Shown here: positions 1 to 11,700 of the stretch, piece after piece
How the letters are laid out: every line of letters starts with the position of its first letter
Numbering within the stretch: position 1 is the stretch's first letter
DNA from: Macrostomum lignano
Lineage: Eukaryota
DNA: 64,000 nucleotides
Direction of reading: 5' to 3'
Assembly: GCA_002269645.1 (NCBI GenBank)
Contig: NIVC01000162.1
Location: 62,001 to 126,000 of the forward strand
The notes under the pieces: model-generated
The model's input: the letters and a program-made list of their open reading frames with translations, nothing else
The model's database searches: none
Told to the model about the DNA's origin: nothing
Program-made: the position numbers and the translations under genes

Positions 1-782
1 CTCTCAGAAACCAAGGGCAGATTCTCTCAGCAACCAAGGGCAGATTCTCTCAGCAACCAAGGGCAGATTCTCTCAGAAACCAAGGGCAGATTCTCTTAGA
101 AACCACGGGCAGATTCTCTCAGAAACCAAGGGCAGATTCTCTCAGAAACCAAGGGCAGATTCTCTTAGAAACCAAGGGCAGATTCTCTCAGAAACCAAGG
201 GCAGATTCTCTCAGAAACCAAGGGCAGATTCTCTCAGAAACCAAGGGCAGATTCTCTCAGAAACCAAGGGCAGATTCTCTCAGAAACCAAGGGCAGATTC
301 TCTCAGAAACCAAGGGCAGATTCTCTTAGAAACCACGGGCAGATTCTCTCAGAAACCAAGGGCAGATTCTCTCAGAAACCAAGGGCAGATTCTCTCAGAA
401 ACCAAGGGCAGATTCTCTCAGAAACCAAGGGCAGATTCTCTCAGAAACCAAGGGCAGATTCTCTCAGAAACCAAGGGCAGATTCTCTCAGAAACCAAGGG
501 CAGATTCTCTTAGAAACCACGGGCAGATTCTCTCAGAAACCAAGGGCAGATTCTCTCAGAAACCAAGGGCAGATTCTCTCAGAAACCAAGGGCAGATTCT
601 CTTAGAAACCACGGGCAGATTCTCTCAGAAACCAAGGGCAGATTCTCTCAGAAACCAAGGGCAGATTCTCTCAGAAACCAAGGGCAGATTCTCTCAGAAA
701 CCAAGGGCAGATTCTCTCAGAAACCAAGGGCAGATTCTCTCAGAAACCAAGGGCAGATTCTCTCAGAAACCAAGGGCAGATT
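1..782. repeat. Minisatellite, 23-bp unit CTCTCAGAAACCAAGGGCAGATT (runs off the left edge; degenerate copies to ~860)
   Basis: About 34 near-identical tandem units read directly. Confidence 0.97.
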
Positions 783-1632
783 CTCTCAGAAACCAACATC
801 AATAACGGCCAGATTCTCTCAGAAACCAACCTTAAAAAACCTCAAACAGATTATCTGCATCTCTTGTCCAACACCATTTTTAGAAGTCAACGGTTCAAAA
901 GTTGAGTAGCTGTGATGCCAAAAAGCTGCAGCCATAGACAACTGGCAGGCTTACAGAATTACTACAAGAACAACTAGAGAGTTTTTGTAAGCAGTACATC
1001 TAGGCACTGATGTCATGAATTGCACATAAACAAGATTATCTATCTATTAACTAATAAAAACATCTAACATAGCAATGGAAAATGGGAAAATCGAGGAACT
1101 ACTATTTGTATCAATTATCACGCCTGCTGTTCTGGTCAGTATGATGCTAATTGGAGGAAGCTGCTACCTGATTGCATCTTCAATTGCTAATAGAAAGAAG
1201 AAAAACTGAGCTAAGCACTAACTGCAATAAACTGTAATGCTAATCTGAACTGATAGATTGACTTTAATATTGAACTATGTACTATTGTTATTAAATGTTG
1301 TTTGCATACTTTGTCTTGTTTTTTATTTTTCTTGTTATGGAAATTAAAAAAAACTTACTCTGTAAATGTAATGAAACAGTAAAAAATATTTCTATGAGTA
1401 AAGAAATATATCCAATGACTAACTTTTGTTACCACTCTGATCAGCAAATTCTTATCAAGAAGTGCTAAGCAAAATCTTGCTTGAAAACTCTAGAGAAGAA
1501 AATTCCAGAAATTTATAAAGATGTGCTCAGTGAGCTAAGACAACTTGAATGAGAAGGAATCCCCAAATCTTCTGCAAAGCATATAGATGGGTCTGTGGCT
1601 CAGTTCCAATTGTCACTAACTAGATGAGACAT

Positions 1633-1930
1633 AGATTATTGCACTAGCTTAGAAAGGGATTATTGCACTAGATTAGAAAGGGATTATTGCACTAGCTTAG
1701 AAAGGGATTATTGCACTAGCTAAGAAAGGGATTATTGATTGCACTAGATGAGTAAAGAATTGTTGCACTAGCTAAAAATAGATTATTACACTAGCTAAGA
1801 TAGCTTGGATCTTAAGATTAGGATCTAAAGCTTAGAAAGGGATTATTTCACTACATGAGAAAATTATTATTGCACCTAATAAGTCATGATTTAGTGCACT
1901 AGATGAAAAAGGGATCATTGCACTAGCTGA
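1633..1930. repeat. Degenerate ~24-bp tandem repeat (GGGATTATTGCACTAGCTTAGAAA)
   Basis: Recurring ATTATTGCACTAG core with decaying flanks. Confidence 0.75.
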
Positions 1931-2420
1931 GAAAATGATCAATAGATCATATATACACAACCTTGGGAATCACTCAGCCATTTCTATTAGCAAATAGAAA
2001 CTGTTTATACCAATATTATTAAGAAGTCTAAGACATAAAACATCAATGCCAAATTCTGAGATAGGCCCTACTTATTACCTTAAAGCAACCCTATTAAAAA
2101 TTGAAAATAATTTAATGCAATAGACTAGGAGATTGCCAGAGTTTCTAAATTATATATATAAAGCTATTTGAAAAACGGTGCAAGCATATTCTAGTTTCTG
2201 TTACAAAAGGTAATAAGTCTATTTTGAAGAAAAATATAGTAGTGCTTAAGAGATAAAGAAAATACCAATAAAAAATAAAAATCTTTAAATTTGGTAGGCC
2301 TATTATTATTTTAAAGAAATTAAGTAGAGCCTATCAGAAATTTGTGCAATTGCAAGTTATTGTAAAGGTAAAATAAGCATGATTTTTATTTTATTATAAT
2401 CTGGAGTGGTCTAGAATGTA

Positions 2421-4018
2421 CAAAGTGGTCCAGAAAGGTCTCCTGGACTACAAACAGAGTTTTCTCTGCACTGGATTGATGGATTGGGCTGAAACTTTAC
2501 CTGCTTAAACTTTATTCTGAATTTATTTTTTTTGTCTAAAAATCTTAGCAATTGCTAAAAAATCATGAAGTTACAGCAGTTTTTCTAAAAAACACTGTTT
2601 TCACTTACTGATATGCACATTTCATTCTAGCTTTATGACTTACATGCCAGTTGAAAGATTTAAAATGGCATCCTAGCTGGATGAATTGAAGAGTCTGCTG
2701 TTGGTCCAGTGGCAATAGTATTATGAGCTCAATTTGGCTGCCAACCAATGCCCTCCAGATGCTAAGACCATCAAAGATATACTTAAGGTGGCCTGTGAGT
2801 TTGGTTTGGCTTGATGACCAATTTCTGGGTGTCCATGGACTGCTTGTTCTGCTGAGAATATAGAACAAGTTGTTCAACACTTCAAGGAGCAACCACAACA
2901 GTCAGTATATTGTGCAAGTTGGGAGCTGAATGTTAGCCATCAGTCTGGATAAGAGTGGCTTTCACCCCTATCACATGCGCCGTCAACAGGCAATGAATGA
3001 GGCCAACCATGAGGTGCAAGTGCTATTTGCAACTGATATGCTAGAGATGTTTGACAGTGATCCTGAAATGTTAACCAACATTTTCTCTGATGAGGCTCAT
3101 TTCTCCCTGCATGGCCATACTAACACCTGGAACTTGTGGTATTGGGCCATTGAAAACCCAGATTTCTCTATCCAGATGCTCCTTCACAGTCCACACATCT
3201 CATGCTGGGCTGGAATTTGGTCCCGCAGCATTGTTGGACCTTGACTTTGACTTACTTGACACAAGGATGCACAGGGTGCAACTGTTACAATAAATTATGA
3301 GTGGTACATAGAAATGCTGGATACAAAGTTTCTGCCTATGGTTCAGAATTACGAGGCATTTGTTGCTGATGACTTGTGGCTGATGCAGGATGGTGCTCCA
3401 GCCCATATCAAGCTTAATGTGCGTGCATGGATTCAGCACAACTTTGAGGAGCGTGAAATAGGATGCTATGGGACAATTCATTGGCCTGAATGCAGTTTGG
3501 CCTGAACGCAGTCCTGATCTCAACCCTATGGACTTCTTTGTCTGGGGATGGGTAAAAGACAACATCTACCAACAGCCAGTGGACAGCCTAGATGAGCTTA
3601 AGGCATGGATAATGCAGGTAATGCAGGATATGCCAGTGGACTTTGCTGTCAACAGCCTAGATGAGCTTAAGGCATGGATAATGCAGGTAATGCAGGATAT
3701 GCCAGTGGACTTTGCTGTCAACAGCCTTGATAGCTTTAAGAAGTGCCTGCAGACTTGTATCAACAACAAAGGTCATCTTGTGGAGCAGTGACTAATAGCT
3801 ACATAGCAGATTGTGCTAAAACCCAACTGATTTAACAAAAAAACAATGTTTTTTAGAAAAACTGCTATAATTTCATGATTTTTTAGCAATTGCTAAGATT
3901 TTTAGACAAAAAATTATATTCAGAATAAAGTTAAAGCAGGTCAAGTTTCAGCCCAATCATCAATCCAGTGCAGAGAAAACTCTGTTTATAGTCCAGGAGA
4001 CCTTTCTGGACCATCCTA
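2421..4018 (+). mobile_element. Tc1/mariner DNA transposon, DD41D (rosa-like), ~180-bp TIRs, decayed
   Basis: TIRs 2421-~2600 and ~3841-4018 are reverse complements (GGTCCAGAAAGGTCTCCTGGACT... / ...AGTCCAGGAGACCTTTCTGGACC). TA flanks both ends (2419-2420, 4019-4020). Transposase motifs lie inside. Confidence 0.93.
2633..3790 (+). pseudogene. Transposase pseudogene (DDD catalytic domain, frameshifted)
   Basis: Motifs FSDEAHF, QDGAPAH and WPERSPDLNPMDFFVWG are split over ORFs 2930-3244, 3314-3505 and 3468-3791. An HTH-like stretch (G-P-TA--AENIEQV) lies near 2825. There are 16-bp and 69-bp internal duplications. The start coordinate is approximate. Confidence 0.88.
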
Positions 4019-5790
4019 TATATATATAAACAATTGAATATTGCAATGCAAAAACGGCCTATATTGTCACAAAAGTAAAGTTGCACAATTTTGAAAATTT
4101 GGTATACGTAACAATGTCACATTTCAATTTTTGGTATACCTAGTATAACCTAAAATTTTGCCTAAAAAACTCTGGTTTACATTAGACATCTTCCTAACAG
4201 TGGTAGGCCCCTAATGCTAGAAATGTTTAACATAAATTTGAGTTTAGGATTTAGGCCCCTTAACCTTAAGGGGTTGGTACCATTGCCATTGGTATACTTG
4301 CAAAAAAATTAATAGGCCTAAACATCTCAAGTCAAAATGATATGAAAATGAACAAAGTTGCTAGTCTAATTAGGTTATTTCTGGCAGTTGTTATTTGTCC
4401 AATGATTGGACGAATAGCCTTTTTGCTATTTGTCTGGTTAAATTGCTAACATAAGTATATATTTGTTTAGTGATGAATATTCTAGATTTTTAGACCTTTT
4501 CTCATATCCTGATTAATATTTTGTTGTATACTAATGCAAGCAAAGCATATATGTATAATGCATATGCAATTTGGCATAATTTGGTATATATGACATACAC
4601 TAGTATAACAACATAATAATCAAGATACAAGTTAGAAGTCTTTGAAGTCGAGGAATATTCATCCTTGTAGTTTCTATAAAATCCAGAATATCAATTTAAC
4701 TGGACAAATAACAAAATGCCTATTTGTCTGGTATTAACTGGATAAATAGGGAAACATGGCTATTATCCAGTAATTGGTCAAATAACCACATCACTATTCA
4801 TCCAGTCATCAGACAAATAACAACTGCCTACTTTTTTACTCTCATCCAATTCATTTTGAGTCAACTCCTAACCAGTGTTAGTTATGCAGTGCTACAATCT
4901 CTAGCCTATTGATAATTATCATACAGATGCCATATGGCCAGTTGATCACATCGTATTTCAATAAATATAACTGTACACATACAGTGCATACTAAGCCAAG
5001 TTTACAAGTTACAGTAGGCCTACTTAATTCCCCTTGCCAGCTGGCTACCTTTCCAGATGAACTTCCACCAGCGACGCCAATTAAAATAGTTCGCTTGTTG
5101 TTTGCAGACATTGTAAAAGTTTTAATTTAGTAAAAGTAAAAATATCTGGATGGTTAAGAACTTAAGAAAAAATTAACTTTAAATAACTTAACTCAATACT
5201 CAATTCAGTACGTTTGTGGATAATTATTTTACTTCACAAATTCTAACTGTATCAAGTGCAATGTCTGAGTTAAAAAAAGCAAATGTAAGATACAGAACTC
5301 GCATTAGGCCCTTGACAGTAATAATGATTACTTGCTTCAAAGCGCAGTATGTATTTATTTAACTGTCAACTAGACACGTGCACATTTTAAATTTTCTAAG
5401 AATCATTCGTTTGTTAATTCGTAATGTCGATTGTGACTTTGAATCATCTAATCTTTATTTCAGTCTAAATTCATCATTAAAACATACAAGCTCATATTAA
5501 AAACTATTTTTGATCAATTTAAAATACTCTCAATATTGATGACAATTATTTAGATTTAGTTTATCTAGATCCAATTAGTGCAGCAGGCCAGCAGTTTTGT
5601 GTACAATGTAAATATGCATTGTGCACGGTCGTGTAACCCACACAGAAGGGCGCTGTGATGTCAGTGTACACAATGTGCATATGCACATGTATATATTTAG
5701 TTCCTTCAGGAACAAAGTTGAGCAATTTATTCTTTAATATCATGTAACGTACTTGCCATGAATTGCAGGTACACTGTGTATGGTTTACAC

Positions 5791-6227
5791 CAGGGGCGTC
5801 GCCATGGATTTTATGGTAGGGGGGACAAAGCCAAGAATTCTACATGTACATGTAAACGACTAAATTCCTACATGTACATTCTTTTCAGAACCGGTGTTGT
5901 CAGCAATCATTTTAGCGCCACAGGGACTCATTTTAGCGCACCATAAGCACTCATTGAAGCGCCGCAGGGACTCATTTTAGCGCCACAGGCACCATTTTAG
6001 CGCCACAGGGACTCATTGAAGCGCCACAAGCACTCATTTTAGCGCCAAGAGCACTCATTTTAGCGCCGCAGGTGCTATATGTTTTGTCGTCATGCAGCAA
6101 AATTATTGATTTCCACAACGGGCCACAAGTTGGGGTGGGGGGGGGACAAAGCATTGGCATGCCCCCCCGATCTTTTTCTGGGGGGGGGGCATGTCCCCCC
6201 TTCCCCCCCCCGTTGGCGACGCCCCTG
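5791..6227. mobile_element. Non-autonomous hAT-type MITE (437 bp)
   Basis: 14-bp TIRs CAGGGGCGTCGCCA / TGGCGACGCCCCTG; perfect 8-bp TSD GTTTACAC (5783-5790, 6228-6235); internal ~20-bp tandem repeats GCGCCACAGGGACTCATTTTA. Confidence 0.9.
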
Positions 6228-7655
6228 GTTTACACATATGTAAATGTCTCAACAAAAAGTGTTGATAGGACTATTTTAAAAACAAAAATCTCTTGCCTGT
6301 GAAGCTAAAAATATTTTGTCAGTGACTAAGAACTGAGACTTTTGCCACCGCCCTTCCCTGACAAAAAATATTTAATATTTCCTCGGAGAGTGTGATACAT
6401 GTACATATGTACGTTAAAATGACATAGATGATAGATCATAATGAGTATTTCGGCTCTGCTGTCTCCTGAACCCCAAAATGAAAACCTGGATAACGCCACA
6501 TATGGTGGGTTCCCTTTAAAGACTCCCAAAATGCAGTATGTATGGGCATTCCCCCGCTTTCCTCTCAAATAGAAAAAATTCTGTACATGTAGGCGTCCAT
6601 ATATTGATCGTATGTAGGCCGTTAATTGTAGATCAGTTAAGCGCTATGCACAGCGTTAACAACTAAAAAGGCAGTTGATCTCTAATTCTTGTTGACAAAC
6701 GACGAAACAGCACACTCTGTAAACTGTTTGGCACAATTCTGACTTGACCTCGGAGGTCGGAGCCCTATGCGAGCGATATACAGCTGTATAAAAGCGTCTC
6801 GTAAACAAAAACATGAAGCTGATAGTTATAGGCTAAAGCTCTACCCAGGAAAATGTAAAACGTCTAAAAGTAGCAGCAAGAGCAAAACAACAAACCGAGT
6901 CAAACGAACCCTCCCGTTCTGATCTGACCCCTTTCATGAAGGATTGACTCTGGCATGCTGTCCACAAGCACAAGTCTTCGCCGCCAATCGCCTTCCCTCA
7001 CTGCTGCTTCTCTGCTTCAGCCGAGAGTCGAGACCTCGCAGCCCCGTCCACGCGCGCAGACAAGCCGTCACAACAACCTCTGCCCCCACCCAGCCACCCC
7101 ACTAACGCCCCGGAGAGGGGAGCTGTAATGCCGCAATTTCATTGGACGACACGCCCTGTTTGTGTTGTTTGTTTCCAAATGTTCTTTCTTATTTAACCCT
7201 GAAGCCCACGCCCGCGCACACCCACACGGGAACGGAGGGCTTAAACGGAGAGGAGATAAGAGCAAGAGCAATATCGAGGGCATTAGAGAAGTAAAAATAG
7301 ACGGCCCAAACACTGCCTGCAGCTGGTGTAAGCCACACACTGCTTGAGACTTGAGAGTTGAGTGTTTACAGACAAATTGTGTTTTGTTTACCATCGTGCG
7401 GCTTCGGGCGGCGCACCGCAACTCGAGCCTTCTCTACTTCAGAGTATAATCTCTATACACTGTAAAGGGACCTCTATTGGCTATATAGCTAACTCCAGTA
7501 GCGCGTTATTATATAGTTACAGGTCACAGGACTTCACTCAGCAGAACTTCACGCCGCGCCACTCTCAAGTTCGGTTTTCTCGGCTGATCGTTGCCACTAA
7601 TTAATTGTTTTGGATTGTTGACCAACAACAATCCTAATTAAATCACAGGAACCGA

Positions 7656-8723
7656 ATGCAATCGGCTATGATGGACCTGAGCCAGAGCAAATCTAGAAAT
7701 TTGTCTGCTTCTAGCAACAGCTCGCCGCCGAGTGACAGCAACGCGGAGAACATAGTGAGATTTTGCCCGTTATGGTTTTTGAGGCCTATAGTCAAGGAGG
7801 GCTTTTTTCACAAGCTTGAAACTTCATTTGTCGAAAAGTCTTTCTGCAGGCTTCTTTGAGATTTTGAAAGTGACTGTGTAAGTCTTTTTTTAACGAAGTT
7901 GAAGTTTCAAGCAGATAAAGTTTCGAGCTTGTGAAAGCAGTCCTTGTCAACAATATGCTGCTTCATTTTTCTTCAATGCCTAATTCATAACTTCAAGAGA
8001 ATCGGGCAGCAAGAACTGCAGAGACAACTGTTTCAACTTTGGCAACAGCAGCAGCAACAGCAGTCTCAGCAGCAACTCCAACAGCACGAGGTGTCCTCCG
8101 CTCTGCTGTCATTGAGTGGCAGCAACGCTTGGTCGCCCGGCGGCAGCCTTGGCTCTGGTCGGCCGCCAGGCCACTCCTGCTTCGCCCCGCCGCCCTCGGA
8201 TGCGTCAGCCACAGCCAGCGCAGCCGCCGCCGCTGCCGACGCTCTGTGGAAAGCGCGTGGCATTCAGCAGCAGCAGCAGCTCCTGCAGATGCAGTCGCAG
8301 CCGCCGCCGCCGCCACCGCCGCTGCAGCCGCAGGATCCCGCAGCTACCGGCTTGGTGGACGCAGCTGGCCACGCTCTCCTCGAGGCGGCTTCTCTGTTCA
8401 ACGTCAGCTCCGGCCCCACCGATTCGCAGCTGCAGCAGCCAGCCGCAACTCCCAGCTCCGGTTGGTGCCGCTGGCCCGGCTGTCACCACCGAGGACCTCA
8501 GTCGGAGGTCGAGCTGTCAGCCCACGCTGTCCGCGAGCACCCGCTGGACTTTGCCAGGCTGGGCCAGCTGCGAGCCCAGGTGGCCTGCGTGCGCGCGATT
8601 GAGTCCCGCCTGGCCGAGGAGCGGCTCCGCCTGATGGACATGGCGAGGCATCTGCGCGACTGTCTGGCCGAGAAGCAGGCTGTTGAGTTTGAGCAACAAC
8701 AACAACATCAACAACAGCAACAA

Positions 8724-8770
<47 letters not shown>

Positions 8771-11700
8771 GCACTATAATGTCACTTTATCGCGCATGAC
8801 GTCTGGATTAGCTCAGGGCAGCAGCTGCCAACAACAGCAGCAGCAGCAGCAAGTACAGAATGGACCTTCGCATCAGCCGGCTCAGCTACTGCCAGTCTCC
8901 CCTAAGCCGTCAGCGCAGTTGTCTGTGGCCGGCTGTAGCGGCGGCTCTGCCAGTGGCGCAAGCGGAGCCTGCGGTCCGTCAAGACGCGGACGGCTGCCGG
9001 AGAAGTACGCACTGTCCCTTGGCGGAGGTGAGATCTTTAGGCTCAAGAACTGGCCAGGCTCCCTCATATATTTCTTGGAATAATGCTTTATCCAAAAAAC
9101 GCCTCAGTTTGATTTTTGACGGTCTGATTCTGGTTGCGCGCTTCTAGCACACGACGTGATTCTGGTTGCGCGCTTCTAGCACACGACGTGATTCTGGTTG
9201 CGCGCTTCTAGCACACGACGTGATTCTGGTTGCGCGCTTCTAGCACACGACGTGATTCTGGTTGCGCGCTTCTAGCACACGACGTGATTCTGGTTGCGCG
9301 CTTCTAGCACACGACGTGATTCTGGTTGCGCGCTTCTAGCACACGACGTGATTCTGGTTGCGCGCTTCTAGCACACGACGTGATTCTGGTTGCGCGCTTC
9401 TAGCACACGACGTGATTCTGGTTGCGCGCTTCTAGCACACGACGTGATTCTGGTTGCGCGCTTCTAGCACACGACGTGATTCTGGTTGCGCGCTTCTAGC
9501 ACACGACGTGATTCTGGTTGCGCGCTTCTAGCACACGACATGATTCTGGTTGCGCGCTTCTAGCACACGACGTGATTCTGGTTGCGCGCTTCTAGCACAC
9601 GACGTGATTCTGGTTGCGCGCTTCTAGCACACGACATGATTCTGGTTGCGCGCTTCTAGCACACGACGTGATTCTGGTTGCGCGCTTCTAGCACACGACG
9701 TGATTCTGGTTGCGCGCTTCTAGCACACGACGTGATTCTGGTTGCGCGCTTCTAGCACACGACGTGATTCTGGTTGCGCGCTTCTAGCACACGACGTGAT
9801 TCTGGTTGCGCGCTTCTAGCACACGACGTGATTCTGGTTGCGCGCTTCTAGCACACGACATGATTCTGGTTGCGCGCTTCTAGCGCACGACGTGATTCTG
9901 GTTGCGCGCTTCTAGCACACGACGTGATTCTGGTTGCGCGCTTCTAGCACACGACGTGATTCTGGTTGCGCGCTTCTAGCACACGACGTGATTCTGGTTG
10001 CGCGCTTCTAGCACACGACATGATTCTGGTTGCGCGCTTCTAGCACACGACGTGATTCTGGTTGCGCGCTTCTAGCACACGACGTGATTCTGGTTGCGCG
10101 CTTCTAGCGCACGACATGATTCTGGTTGCGCGCTTCTAGCGCACGACATGATTCTGGTTGCGCGCTTCTAGCACACGACGTGATTCTGGTTGCGCGCTTC
10201 TAGCACACGACGTGATTCTGGTTGCGCGCTTCTAGCACACGACGTGATTCTGGTTGCGCGCTTCTAGCGCACGACATGATTCTGGTTGCGCGCTTCTAGC
10301 ACACGACGTGATTCTGGTTGCGCGCTTCTAGCACACGACGTGATTCTGGTTGCGCGCTTCTAGCGCACGACATGATTCTGGTTGCGCGCTTCTAGCGCAC
10401 GACGTGATTCTGGTTGCGCGCTTCTAGCACACGACGTGATTCTGGTTGCGCGCTTCTAGCACACGACGTGATTCTGGTTGCGCGCTTCTAGCGCACGACA
10501 TGATTCTGGTTGCGCGCTTCTAGCACACGACGTGATTCTGGTTGCGCGCTTCTAGCACACGACGTGATTCTGGTTGCGCGCTTCTAGCACACGACGTGAT
10601 TCTGGTTGCGCGCTTCTAGCACACGACGTGATTCTGGTTGCGCGCTTCTAGCACACGACGTGATTCTGGTTGCGCGCTTCTAGCACACGACGTGATTCTG
10701 GTTGCGCGCTTCTAGCACACGACGTGATTCTGGTTGCGCGCTTCTAGCGCACGACGTGATTCTGGTTGCGCGCTTCTAGCGCACGACGTGATTCTGGTTG
10801 CGCGCTTCTAGCACACGACGTGATTCTGGTTGCGCGCTTCTAGCACACGACGTGATTCTGGTTGCGCGCTTCTAGCACACGACGTGATTCTGGTTGCGCG
10901 CTTCTAGCACACGACTCGAAGATATCGAAGATAAAGCTCAAAAGACTAAGGATTCTTGTAAACAATTTTTTTAATCCCAACATCCCACGAGGTCGATTCA
11001 CCGCCAGCGTACCCGCCTTTTTTGGTTGCAGACTTTCAGAAAAATCGCGAATTCTACAACAGAAGCGATACGAGACCGCCATTTACCTACGCGTCGTTGA
11101 TTAGACAGGTGCTTACGATTTTAATCGGAGTTGCCGCCGCCTTACACTATGTATTTGTTTTCAGTTCCAACATATCAGTTCCACTGTTTCCTTTGCAGGC
11201 AATCATCGAGTCAATTAATCGGCAGTTGACGTTGAACGAAATCTACATTTGGTTTCAACGAAACTTTGCCTTCTTCCGGCGAAATGAGGCCACGTGGAAG
11301 GTGAGGGTAGTTACAGAGTTCGAATGGGGTAACTTCCCAGAATCTTGCAAGGATTCTGTGCATTGGTAGCAGAATTTTCAAATAGAAAAAGAGCTTTATG
11401 GCTCAATCACTTAGTAGTTCGGTGACTCACTCATTCACTCATTCTGTCATTCACTCGGTCTTTTATTCACTCGGTCACTCGATCATTCATTCACTCAGTC
11501 AGTCAGTCACTCGGTCATTCATTCACTCAGTCAGTCAATCACTCGGTCATTCATTCACTCAGTCAGTCAATCACTCGGTCATTCATTCACTCAATCCGTC
11601 GGTCACTCGATCATTCATTCACTCAGTCAGTCAATCACTCGGTCATTCATTCACTCAGTCAGTCAATCACTCGGTCAGTCAGTCACTCAGTCACTCCTTC

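Noticed and set aside
6777-6794. TATA box and 14-bp palindrome TATACAGCTGTATA as the FoxP promoter
   Set aside because: Plausible but short motifs with no transcript evidence to place the TSS.
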